Source: Adineta vaga (taxonomy: Eukaryota > Animalia > Rotifera). Taken from it: a stretch of DNA of 64,000 nucleotides. Below the pieces are notes generated by a model, which saw only the letters and a list, made by a program, of their open reading frames with translations, was not told where the DNA came from and ran no database searches. Shown here in pieces: positions 10,192 through 23,108 of this stretch (its first letter is position 1; the number at the start of each line of letters is the position of its first letter). A program made the translations under genes and the position numbers. The stretch is from contig CP075493.1 in the NCBI GenBank assembly GCA_021613535.1, positions 3,224,001 through 3,288,000 of the forward strand, in the 5' to 3' direction.

Positions 10192-11025
10192 ATGGTTGAA
10201 GGAATTTATTTTGCATTCATAATCTGTGTAACGCTGCGTCTAGATCAAAACAATTTGTTCTATTGTAGCTACTGGTGATTGTTTTATTCTTTTGTATGTA
10301 TATTAAAAACTATTTTTGTACATAAATATCAATGTTTTTATCTGTTTATTAGTAAGTCAAGTAATGAATCAAATAATTTAATTCCAGTTTGGGAAGATAC
10401 ATCTATACAGTAAATATTCAAACAATTAGATTTATATTTTCAATGAACTAATATTCTCTTTGTCAATAGTTTTCGTAATCGAGCAGTTTTTGCTTATGTG
10501 AATGTGGATACGAATCCAAATGTACAAAAACGTTTTCATTTATATAAATCACCTTCGTTTATCTTTTATGTTTGAATTCAATTTTAATCAGTAGAATTGA
10601 CCATTGATTATTTTATCGTAGATTTAAACGTGGTAAAATGTATCGATATGAAGGTGCATCACGGCAACAAACAGCGTTTGTAAATTTTATCGAAAAAGAT
10701 AATCAACAAGTGAAAAGTGAAATTATTCCACCTGAATCGAATGCTTTGTAAGTTAACATAAGGATTTATATGCATATTTTGTTTTATGCTAAATCTTTCT
10801 AGTTCATTCTCGTTAGGAAATGGTGTGAAAATTATTCCAGTAAGTTGATTTCGATATGTTTCAAAGACTCGTCTCAATGTTTATTTTCTTCTGTAGATGT
10901 ATTTGATTGTTATACCAATGATTTGTTTAGTTATTGTTCTTCTCATTCTCGTATTTATTAGTAGATTTACAAAGAAGAAGAGAACAACAACGGAACGAAC
11001 ATCATTTCAAGTTAAAATTGATTAA
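10192..11025 (+). pseudogene. Thioredoxin-fold (TMX-like) protein with C-terminal TM helix, lacking CxxC; probably pseudogenised
   Basis: Spliced model ...ATGDCFILF|KSSNESNNLIPVWEDTSI|FRNRAVFAYVNVDTNPNVQKRFHLYKSPSFIL|FKRGKMYRYEG...TM...RFTKKKR. Needs a frameshift near 10257 and a donor that reads TT instead of GT near 10566. Confidence 0.7.
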
Positions 11026-11321
11026 TTTTTATTCGTTTTTTCTTCTTGTTATTGTTTAGAAGAAAATAAAATCTCAGTCATGACATATCTTGAACTAGAA
11101 TACTTTCTGACTTCTATTGATTTTAGTATTAAAACGAAAGATGATCATGAAAATATTGACATCGTAATCGATAGTAATACAACAATCCGATAGTCATTCT
11201 TCGAGTTTTTCGGTACTTTGCATTGAGTCAAATGTCAACAGAAATTTTTTTAATAATCTTTTCTTTATAGAAAATACTTCAAGAGAAAAAAATAAAATAC
11301 AGACAATAAAGTTTTTATGTT

Positions 11322-11600
11322 TCAATCGAGATCTGCAATAAAATTATTGTTCGCTGAATTTTCCATATCATTCATATAATGTGATATCCCATGTTGATCA
11401 TCTGGTTTTCTTCGATAAGCTTCCGACCGACTAAATAATGCATAAGACATAAATATCCATCCAGATATACTTAAAAATGATAGAATAACAATTGTTATAA
11501 TTGTACTAGAAGATGATCCATTGTAGATTTCATTTGTCGAATTTAATTGTAAAGAAATTGATTCAGTTGTTGATAAAGATGAACTATTTTTGATAATCAT
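11322..11600 (-). CDS. Small single-pass membrane protein, unknown function (start uncertain)
   Basis: S/T/N-rich N-terminus, hydrophobic TIITIVILSFLSISGWIFMSYALF segment, then a charged tail. Sequence is conserved with the duplicate at 7.1-7.3 kb. Confidence 0.6.
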   Translation of the reverse strand: MIIKNSSSLSTTESISLQLNSTNEIYNGSSSSTIITIVILSFLSISGWIFMSYALFSRSEAYRRKPDDQHGISHYMNDMENSANNNFIADLD

Positions 11601-12442
11601 GAAAGATTTCTCAACATAATAATATCGATTACAATGAGATATGAAAGTGAATGGTCTTCTCTTTTTGATAGAATATCTAGTCAAGATTAACTCGTAATAT
11701 ATACTACAGTAGCATTTATAGTTGTACTAGCAGAAGAGAGAGAGAGAAAAGATAAATGAATAAACAAGTGCCAATATCAGACGGTATGTGACCTCTAAGA
11801 AAAAGAAAGATGTATGTGTACATGACAAATGAGCTAACTCTCTTGTGATAACATCTTGAAATAATAGATAACGACGTCTTCCAAACAATGATAATCATCT
11901 TCTTTTATTCATGTAACTCAAAGAAATGCCATCATCGATCAGTTACAGTCATTATTCAATACGTTAGTTATATCAACAAAGAATTTATCGACGAAAAAAA
12001 GACAAGAAGAAGAAAGCGTGTTTTGTGAACAAATAAGAAGGTTAGAAGATCAGTGGATATCTATATCCTGCAGTTAAACCAGATGATGACTTTATATCAA
12101 TCATGAAGATCAAAACAAAACCTTGATTGATGACTTTCTCTTTTCTTGTATTCTATATCAATAATATTCGGATATTTTGCACATGTTGGAAAATAAGAAG
12201 ACGAAAACATCGGAAAAGAAAGCTTTATTTCTACAATTAAATCCCTGATTAAATAATAAATATTGTAAATAGCGTCTTTATTTCATTGAAGTATTAAAAT
12301 TTCATAAATCTATGTATTGTTATTCGGATCTGAAAATTTACATTCTATTAAAGAATATGAAAACAACAGATCAAATATTATTATCGATGTCCTATATAAA
12401 AGAAAAATATATATAGAATAAAACGATCAATATACGGCAAAT

Positions 12443-13312
12443 ATGGTTTCTTCATTCTTGATCTCGCTTCTTTTATTCACTGTCATCATTGGCTATACGC
12501 ATTCAGTCGGTATTTATGAGCAATGTGCTGGTGAAGGTTATGGTACATTTCCATGTAATCCAGGTTTAACATGCTTTCGACGTAATAAATGGTATTCATC
12601 ATGTCAATATAGCTGTCCATTAAATCTTGGATGGGAATGTGAAGCTTATATTCGACCAGTATCAACAATTGCTGCTGGTTGGGATCAATGTGGTGGAGAT
12701 GGTTGGGCAGGACCGACAGTATGTGCTGCTGGTTATGCTTGCTATGCACGAAGTGTCTATTACTCTCAAGTAAGTTATTTTTTTCGATGAATAATTCGTG
12801 ACTTATCTTATGTTATTGGATTTCTAGTGTCGACCCATCCATGATTGTCCAGTTGGTAAGAATCGTGATAGATGTTTTTCAAAAAAACTTTTAATTAGAA
12901 ATGTTTACATAGGTTGGGCTTGTGCTGCATTAGTAGTACCTGCAACAACACTTGCTCCTGTTGGTCCAGTTGTACTAGCTCCTTATACAAAATGTAACAA
13001 TGTTACAAATGCTATGTGCCCAGCAGGTTATGGTTGTTTTCGAAACAATATTCTCTATTCAGAATGTCGTCCATATTGTCCACAAACATGGGCTTGTCAA
13101 ACCGATGTTCTTGGACCAAATGAACAATGTGGAGGTATGATTTATTTGAAAGTGTATGTCATAGACATAGTATCTCATTGTTTTTGTTTTTCTTAATAGG
13201 TGAAGACTATATCGGTGTAACACGTTGTGCAGCAGGTCTTCGTTGTTATGCACGAAGTAAATGGTATTCACACTGTGCAGCTTCATGCCCTGGTATTGGA
13301 TGGGCTTGTTAA
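12443..13312 (+). CDS. Secreted protein with four fungal-type cellulose-binding (CBM1-like) modules and no catalytic domain
   Basis: Exons 12443-12769, 12828-12855, 12913-13134, 13200-13312. Signal peptide MVSSFLISLLLFTVIIGYTHS; a classic CBM1 ([31 protein letters not shown]) plus three variants. Confidence 0.9.
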
Positions 13313-13544
13313 AAAAAATAAAAACAAAAAATTGCGTGTCTACTTTTTTTCTTTTTTTCTAAAGTAAAAGAACATCTGAGACATGCAATGTTTTTATAAT
13401 AATAATCATGCGACAACATCTCTTACGAGTGTCGTAGAAAAGAACGTTCTCGCCACTCTAAAGAATATTGTTTTTATTCTTTTCTCGAAGAATTTCAATA
13501 ATGATGTCAATAGAAATGTTTGTTCTTCTTTCATAAATATCAAA

Positions 13545-15546
13545 ATGGCGAAGATGATAGTACAAAAATCAACGACAGATGATGAAGATAATTCATTATA
13601 TCGACATCATCTTGTTTGGCTTGATCAACATCTCAATACTTTTACTAATAAACGAATTCTTAAACGATTCAATGAACTAGATCAATATGTAAAAGCATTC
13701 GATTGTGAAAATCAATGTCTAGAATACATTCATCAACAAAATGATCGAAACTCAACATCCTACATCATCTTTATTGTTTCAGGAACATTAAGTGACAAGA
13801 TCATACCCAAAATTCAAGATTGTATATGCATACTGGCAATATTTATCTTTTGTCATAATGTTGAACAATATGAACATATTAAATATCGAAAATTTCGAGC
13901 AGTTTGTGATGATATTGATGATTTAATACGAAGAATTTCATTATGTATCCAAAGAGATAGTAATAAAACTGATTTCAGTTTCTTTTATGATCAAAAATCA
14001 ACAACATCAGCGTATTCCAATGATCAATATCCCATACGTAATTTAAAAGAAGATCAAGCACGTTTCCTCTGGTTCTATCATTGTCATAATCATATGCTTA
14101 AACTTGATAATAATGATGATCGCGATGCCAAAGCAGAAATGATTGCTCATGCTCTTCAAGAATCTACTGATAGACAAACATTATCATCGATTGATGAATT
14201 TAATCGTCAATCCTTAAGTGACAATGCTAAATCTGCTATTCGATGGTATACAGAAGATACATTTATATACAAATGTACGAATAAAATTTTAAGAAAAGAA
14301 AATATCTCACAAATATACTTGTATCGATATATTATTAAATTGCTTTGTTATCAATTACAAGAAAATTATGAACAATTTATTGAACAATATCGAAAGATTG
14401 AAAAGAAATCTTCACTTGATCTTTATCGTGGTCAATATTTGAATTTAACTGAAATTCAATTATTAAAAACGAATATTAATCATTTAATATCATTGAATGG
14501 TTTTATTTCTACTACAAGAAATAGAAAAACAGCGATGACATTTATAAAAAATCGTGTGATAGAAGGTTTAACACCTGTTCTAATCAAAATCGATGTGAAT
14601 ATGACAAATGAACATAAGATTGCTTTTGCTGATATTAGTCATATGAGCCAATATTCCGATGAAAATGAAGTTCTTTTCTCCATTGGTGCAGTATTTCGTA
14701 TTCAATCAGTCGAGTTTGATGTACAAAATGGATTATATCTTGTTCATCTTTCTTTAAATTCACACGATCAATTAAGTGTAAATCTATATATCGAAGAAAC
14801 GTATGCAAATCATGTAGAGTCAGAAGATCGTACTGTTTTATTTGGTAAATTACTATGTGACATGGGAGAATATGAATTTGCTCGTACATATTTTTCTGGT
14901 ATACTCAAACGTACATCTAATATGAATAATCAGTTACGTGCAATGTATTTGAATAATATTGGTATATGTTATTGTGAACTTGATAGAAAAGATGAAGCAT
15001 TAGAGTATTATAAAGAAGCATTTGAAATTTATAAACAAACAGAAAATAAACATGGCATAGGTGGATGTTTCCATAATGTTAGTAATGAATTTTGTTTTTT
15101 GTTAAAATATTCTTAGCGAAATTTCCTTTTTCCCCCTATAGATAGCAAGTATTCATTATACACGAGGAAATCATCGAAAAGCGATACATTTCGCTTTAAA
15201 AGCATATGATCTTCGACAAAAAGATAAAATTGAAAAAGCTTCAACTTTAAATTTACTTGGTTGTATTCGTTTAGCTGGTTCTGAACTTGATGCAGCACAT
15301 GATAATCTTCTTGAAGCTTTGAAATTACGTATAAAATATTTAGGTCGTATCAATTCCTTTCATCCTGATATTGGTATAAGTTATCAAAATCTTGGTAATG
15401 TTGATTTTAAAAACTATAATTATATTGATGCTGAAAGAAATTATTCTCGAGCGGAAGAAATCTTTCGTCATAATTTTCCTCCATCATATCCATTAATAAC
15501 AGAAATTAACAAATGTTTAAAAGAAACTCGACGAAAATTTACTTGA
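13545..15546 (+). CDS. Receiver-like N-domain + mono-ADP-ribosyltransferase (R-S-E clade) + TPR protein, paralog 1
   Basis: Exons 13545-15077 and 15142-15546. Motifs WYT..TFIY, LYRGQ, GFISTT, YSDENEVLF, then TPRs (LNNIGICY..EALEYY; HPDIGISYQNLG). Confidence 0.9.
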
Positions 15547-15839
15547 TAGTATTTTTTTGTATATATTTATACGAAACAAATTTTTATAAGTATCGAAATC
15601 GTTCAAAAATTCTATTTATATTCAAATTTCAGCATTTGTAAGAAAAATTCTTTTCTTTTCTTTCTAAAACACGTTTTGCTTATGACAAACATAATAAACA
15701 GAGTGTTTTATTGGTGTCTTCTCTGCTAGGAAGGTAAAAAAACAACCGACTGTTGTTTTCGGAGAAAACCAATTGCATCAATGTGAAGAAAAAGTCATTT
15801 TTCTCGTTCTTTCTGTAAATATACAAACTAACAACAGCA

Positions 15840-17837
15840 ATGGCAACAAATACAACACAAAATTCATCGATAGATAATCAATTAAACCAGCATCATATTG
15901 TTTGGCTTGATAAGCAAATAAATTATTCATATAATCGAGGAAGATTAAGACAAATCCGTGAACTTGATTCACAATTAAAATCCTTTACATGTGACGATGA
16001 ATGTCTTAATTATATTCAACAATTTGAAACATTGAATACAAATTCTTATATTATCTTTATCATATCAGGATCACTTAGTGAACGCATACTACCTAAAATT
16101 CACGATTCTAGTTGTATTGTTACGATTTTTATCTTTTGTACCAATGTGGATGATTGCAAACATTTAGAATATCAAAAACTTCGAGCAATTTGTAATGATA
16201 CTTATGAATTAATCGATCAAATTGAACTTTATTTAACAAGATCCAATGAACGAGAACTTCAATTCAGTTTATTTCATAAACCAGGTAAAACTTATCTTCT
16301 TATTTCATTCAATTTCATCTATTCTATTCATTAGAATTATCAACGTCAGAAAATCAATATCCCATACGTAATTTAAAAGAAGATCAAGCGCGTTTCCTCT
16401 GGTTCTATCATTGTCATAATCATATGCTTAAACTTGATAGTAATGATGATCGCGAAGCGAAAGAAGAATTGATTATTCATGCTCGTCAAGATCTACCTGA
16501 AAAACAATATCAATCATCTATCGAGGAATTTAATAATGAATCAATAGAAAAAAATCGTCGAGATGCACTTTTATGGTATACACGAAATGCTTTTATCTAT
16601 AAATGTGTCAATACAGTTCTTCGAAAAGAAAATCTTTCACAAATTTATCATTATCGTTATATTATTAAATTATTATGTTATCAATTGAAAGATTACTCTC
16701 AAACATTTCAACGAAATACATCATTGCGTCTTTTTCGTGGTCAACAATTTCGAATCGAATATATAACTCTACTTGAAAATCATCAAAATGATTTAATTTC
16801 TTTTAATGGTTTTATGTCGACAACATTAGAAGAAGATATTGCAATGAAATTTGCATTTCGATATCGTAAAGATAATTTAAAAAGTGTTGTTTTCATCGTT
16901 GATGTTAATTTAGATAATGAAAGTAATGTTATTTTTGCAGATATTCGAAATATTAGTAAATATCCTGAAGAAGAAGAAATTCTTTTTTCAATTGGTACAA
17001 TTTTTCGAATGAAATCAATTGAATTGAATCAAAATAAACAATTATATATAATTCATCTTGAATTAGTCGATCATAATGAATTACAAGCAATTAAATATAT
17101 TGAACAATCATATAATAATGATGGAAACTTCATTGATCAGAAAGTTTTATTTGGAAAACTTCTATTCGATATGGGAGAACATGAATTTGCAAGGAAATAC
17201 TTTCTTGATGCACTTGATCATTTAACAGAAAATGAGAATCATCTCTATGCAACTTATGTAAATAATATTGGTGTTTGTTATAATGAACAAGGAGACAGAA
17301 AAAAAGCATTAGAATATTATAAAAAAGCATGTGAAATTTATTTGAAAATGAAAAATTATCGAGGATTAGGAACATGTCAACATAATGTAAAGATATTTAT
17401 TGAATTATTTATTAATTTTACTTGTATTTATTTATCTTTAGATAGCAAGTATTTATTATGCTGAAAGAAATTATCGCGATGCTTTAAATGAAGTTTTACA
17501 TGCTTTACATAATCGATCGAAAAAGACATTAGAAAAGGCGTCAACTCATGATTTACTTGGATGTATTTATCTAACGGAAAATAATATGGATGCTGCTGAA
17601 CATAATTTTAGTGATGCTCTTAAGATACGTCGACGATGTTTAAATGATGGAAATCCAAATCATCCAGATATTGGTATCAGTTATCAAAATCTTGGAGAAT
17701 TATGTCGAAGAAAATCGAAATTTCAAGATGCGTATAAATATTATTCTAGAGCTGCTGAAATCTTTCGTCACAATTATCCGCAATCACATCGACTAAATAA
17801 AGATATTGATCGATGTTTAAATGAACTTCAACTATAA
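15840..17837 (+). CDS. Receiver-like N-domain + mono-ADP-ribosyltransferase + TPR protein, paralog 2
   Basis: Exons 15840-16284, 16335-17386, 17442-17837. Motifs LFRGQ, GFMSTT, YPEEEEILF and TPRs; last intron in the same position as in paralog 1. Confidence 0.9.
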
Positions 17838-17902
17838 TATTCATTCTTATATCTTTTCTCGAAAATGCAGATGGATTTCGTTTACTTGGTTAGAAATACA
17901 TG

Positions 17903-19421
17903 TTACATTCTCATGATATGATGCATATTTCGACATTCTAATATCATTGTGTCATCGTCTTTGTTTTCAGTACGAACTAAAATAAAATGATTTGGTCCAA
18001 AAAAGTAGAGATTTGTTGGTAAGAGATGTTGATCACATTGTAATTCGTGCATACGTCGTTGTGGATCATTTTCTTGAGTATTAATTAGAAGCATTCGTCG
18101 TTGTAATGATTCATCATGTTCATCAGTTACAAATAAAAGCCATTGTTGAGTATCTACAAGTTTAAATGTTTACAGAAATCAATTATATGAATTCTCTTAC
18201 CATAGACAGATGACATCGATAAGATATTGCAATTGTGTGTATCAATTCGAAAAAGACATTTCATAGCATGACGAACATCACAAATAAGAATTTTCTCAGT
18301 AAATAAAGTATCAATTGCAATTAAATAATCACTCATTCGTATTCGAAAGATTTCCATTGTATCTTTCATATGTGTCCTATCAGGATATAAATCAGCTTTC
18401 CAACAACGTTGAATCATTTGATTATTCGAATAATGTTCAAGTACATCACCTAAGGATGTTCCAAGATTATGAACAAGAACAATTGATTCTCTATGAGCAC
18501 AAATATCTTTAAAATAACCAAAACCAATATCAACATAACGACCAATACGTTTTGTAATATAATTCAATTTTAATACTTGTTTTGTTGTCGTAAGTAAAAA
18601 TCCATTGACAAAGGATGACCAAATTATTTGATTCACATCACCATAAGTCATGTGATCATAATTAATATCATATAAATGTTCACCATGATCATTGAATAAT
18701 TGAAAGATAGAACGAGATGATTTATAGATGAGTAAATGTTCTGATGATGTTGCAATGATAGTTGAATCAGTTGGATCATAATCAAGACTAAAATTAATTG
18801 TTGATAAAGTTAAAAAACGATTTAAATCAAGTTTAGATGTATCATCGAAATCTGCTGAAATGGAAATATTTAGATTAGGTTTAACTAGATGAATAATAGG
18901 ATTGATTTTTGAAATAATTAAATTTAATCGAGATGATTCAAGTATATGTAAACTTTGTTCTAATTGTAGAGAGATCTATTTAGAAAATGACTAATTGTAA
19001 ATAAATATCAATTCGATTTCATTCGAACCTCTTTCAAACTTCTTTCATCTTCATCAAATTTATTCAAAACAACGTCTTTTATTTTAGTAAATTCTTGATC
19101 ATATTGTTCATAAACGAGATTTATTTCATTTTTCATTCGATTTACATGATCAATCATATTCATTTGCCATTCATCTAATTGTTCACATAATTCATATCGA
19201 TTGTCAATAGATTGTATCGTGTTTAAACGTGTTCGACAAGTTTCAATCGAAGAAATCAAATGTTTATGTTCATTGTCAATAGCTGTTTGATGTTCAACAA
19301 GATGTCGTAAACAAAATGTCAATGGACAATGAGCACAAGGTATACTACTTGGTGATTCAACACAATGTGCAAATGAACAAACAGATTCGATAGATGGACG
19401 AAAACGTTTCATAGTAGACAT
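17903..19421 (-). CDS. B-box-like zinc finger + coiled coil + beta-rich C-terminal domain protein (TRIM-like, no RING)
   Basis: CSFAHC..CAHCPLTFCLRHLVEH, coiled coil (QLDEWQ), introns near 18980-19028 and 18154-18200, then a beta-strand-rich tail. Confidence 0.7.
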
Positions 19422-19783
19422 CTGAAAAGGAAAAACTGGATCTTTTATCTGATATTTGAAATAACAGAAGGATAATTGTTGATTTTCGAACAATCTCAAC
19501 TAGTTTTTTAAGTCTCTTCAAAACTCAAATTTGTCTCATAGAAATTCTTTCTAAATAATCTAGAAAATATTCAATAAAGATCTCAGTCTTTAATGATATT
19601 CTTCTCAAATGAAATAAATTGTAAATAATTTTTTTTTCTATATGACCAACGGATCAAGTTGTTTTTTATTCATCGTTTGTCAATATATTCTTATAATAAT
19701 AATATTTTTTTCTTTTTTCTCACGTGCGCTCATTCCAAAACAGAAAAAAAGCGTGCAACAGAAAAACAAGTATTTCCACACGT

Positions 19784-20280
19784 TTAACGGTACGATTTTT
19801 GATATTTGGAACGTGCACCTGGACCACCGAATTTCTTTGGTTCACATCGACGTGGATCAGCAACAAGTAATGTTCGATCGTATTGAACAAGGATATCTCG
19901 AATTTGTTTTTTTGTTGCTTCATCGACATATTTTTGGTTATAAGCAACGAGTGATTTAGCTAATGCTTGTCGAATAGCATAGATTTGGGCAATACGACCA
20001 CCACCTTTAACTCGTACACGAACATCAACATTAGCAAATTTGTCACGACCAAGAAGATAGATTGGTTCTTCGAGTTTAAAACGAAGTGCTTGTGGTTCAA
20101 CAAGATGAAGTGGTCGACCATTAACACGGATTGAACCGTGACCTGATAAATGAATTTATATATTTACGAAATCAAATCTTGGATTAGAAGAAATAGTTCA
20201 CCTTGTTGGCAGACAGCAACGGCTGTAGCTGTTTTCTTTCGGCCGAATGTTTGCACACGTTGTTTTTGAACTTTCGACAT
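19784..20280 (-). CDS. RPS16: 40S ribosomal protein S16 (uS9)
   Basis: Exons 20280-20202 and 20142-19784: [14 protein letters not shown]...[31 protein letters not shown]. Confidence 0.98.
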
Positions 20281-20664
20281 GATTTTTCGAGTGAAAAGAA
20301 AAACTCTAAAAATAAAATCAAAATTAATCGACAAAAAAACAGGAACTTCTTTTCTATGTTTATAAAATGTGAATGAAATAAACAATATTTTCTCAATGAT
20401 GACTCATTTATTTCTAAAGATTGGTTATTCAATTTGATATTGAATTGAATTTATTTTCTTCAAGAATAAATTCATTTGAATCGATTAAAAATCAAATCTA
20501 TCGTTATTTCTAATTGAATTGATGAAAAACATGAGAAAACATCTAGCGACATCTTTTACAAACAAATCGATTAGTCAATATTCTTTCGAAACTATATAAA
20601 AAAACCACATTTATTAGATTTAAATAAATTTCAAGACAACAAGGATTTGCTACTTTAATCAACT

Positions 20665-23108
20665 ATGCTCAATTTCTCACCGAACAGTAGTTTTATACGT
20701 GATACAGCAGGTATGATCACAGATCGTTTGAAACTTTTACTTCATCAAACATCTCAACGTCAATCAATCAATCGTGATAAACAGATTACACAAAAACGAA
20801 TTCTATTCAGTGTAATTTTTCTATGTCTTGTTCAAATGATTGTGTATGTATTTCAGTTAATTATTAAACAACAACAATAAGTTACTTTTGTTTTCTTCTA
20901 GTCCAGACAGTTTCTTGCATTTGAATGACAAAATATGGAATGCTAGTATGTTTTATGAATATGAATCTAGTTTTTTTTCCTTCGAGCAATTTAAATTCAT
21001 TCTATTTAGAAAAATTCATTATCGTCACTTGTATTGCTTATACGATTCGTGTCATTGTGCATTATATACACATTTCATTAGCTAAATATATATTTTTGAC
21101 TAAAAATGAACTCAAACAATTAGGATTATATACACCAGGTAAGTGAACATTTCGATTCCATTGAGTTCGATTGGTTTGTCTTTAGAACCAGGCATGATCG
21201 TTTGTGATGATCCTCAAGTAGCAGAAGCTGCTTATAATCGTCATAAATATCTCAATAGATTTCTGTGTTGGATTTCACCTCAGTTATTGTATACATCAAT
21301 TCTTGATAAACAAAAAGCAACTGGTCCAACGCTTCCATTACGTGTATTAACAGCAACACTTGCTGATCGTGTTGCATCTTTAGTATATAATCGTTCAGTA
21401 ACTTCACCAAATCAAAAAGATCAACAAGTTTGTTTACAAGCAAAATTTCAACTAAAATCTTCTTTTTTGTGTTTGTTTTAGAGAGATTTTTATGAAAGAA
21501 CAAATTCAAATTTAGCATCACCTGATCCACTTGCAACATTGAGAAATAGTGTATACTGGCAATCATCTCCAGGTAGTTGATTGATTTCATTTTGAAATTA
21601 TACTCTTTTTCTCTCTTGGTAATAGAATCACCATCTACAAATTTAAGTGATTGTTCACGTTATTTAAATGAAATTGAACGTGAAGCATTGGATCTTTCAA
21701 CAGTCAGTCATAATAGAAGTTTAAATGAATGTAAATTGCTTATTTTTTACGTTATTCATTTTCGATAATTTACATTTTATTTTAGCGTTTGGTCGAAGTC
21801 CTATTATGGCAACAAATGCAATGAATGATACAGTTGCTGAACTTCGTTCTCGTCCATATCAAATGGCACATATTCGTTCAGCAACAAGTCAAAATGGATC
21901 AACAGTAGTAGATGATGATACACGTAAATCAGATTATAAACGAATCGTTAGTAATGGTTCTGCATCGGGTAGTAGTGGACAAACGGGTAATACACAAACT
22001 ATTGTGGTAAATAAAAGATTAACTTGAAAAGAATTCTCTTCCATCATCTCTTTGTTCATTAAGAAATGGCGTAAAGTACGTATTGATGGACCACAATTAT
22101 TTGTCTTACGTGAAAATATGCGTAAAGTAAGAGATCTATTTTACTCAGGTCTAACATATCTTTGAATTTGTTCAGTGGTTAACCAAAACAATTCTCATTC
22201 CATTAGCAAGTGATATTGAAAATATTAATCGCTCATTAATTGCTCTTGGTCATACGGATATCGTCATTGGCAGTAAGTGAAATGAATATTAATTAAACAT
22301 TTTCTCAAATTCGACTTTATAGAAACAACAACCAATGAAATTAAATCATTTATTCGTTCATGTACAAATTCAACATTAGTAACTCAATTGAATAAAATTT
22401 TACCTACTTTTGACATTCATTCCAATCAAGAATATATTCTTTCACGTATACAAAGTAAAAATATTTTTCTTACGTGAGAAAAGAATAAATTGAATACAAC
22501 TATTCGTTTATTTAAGTTCTTGCTCGTACTTACATGGCGGATTTTAATTGGAAATCAGGTGTTATTACTGATGCTGAACTTGTATTTAATTTATTTTGTA
22601 TCTTTTTTGATCAACGTTTAACACCTGATCCACGATATTTGGATGGAAAAGTTTTTCGTGGAAATTATGTCGTACGACAAGCACAATTATCAAGTAAATA
22701 GATTTGAAATATACTAGAAAAATTAGAATTTATAAGAAATATATGAATTCTACTTTTCGCCTAATTAGATACAGCCCGTTATCCAACAGCGATCTTTGTC
22801 TATCAAGAAAAACCGCCGGTTTATAAGGTTTTATCAAATGCTGAAATTCATGATGTACCAGCCGTAAGTAAAGAATATTTTTATCATCTAGACATAATTT
22901 CCTATGAATCTATTTGAAGGGTGACCATAATTTACTTGATAGTCTACTTCTATTCGTTGAATGTATGAATTCAACTCGAAATGGACATATTCGGTGAGTT
23001 TATAAACTTTCACTTCAACAGTCACTATTGTATTTTTCTAGCTCATTAAATTTGGGTACAAGTGGTGTGGATATTTTATGGACTATAAGTTCACTAACAT
23101 CAACATAA
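20665..23108 (+). CDS. TMEM209: Transmembrane protein 209 (nuclear envelope)
   Basis: Multi-exon model: N-terminal TM, LTKNELKQLGL, NMRKWLTKTILIPL, NQEYILSRI, MADFNWKSG..TDAELVFNLFCIFFD, PRYLDGKVF, NLGTSGVDILW. Confidence 0.85.

Noticed and set aside
13383-13544. N-terminal extension of ART paralog 1 in the ORF track
   Set aside because: It has no counterpart in paralog 2; ATG 13545 aligns better with that gene's start.
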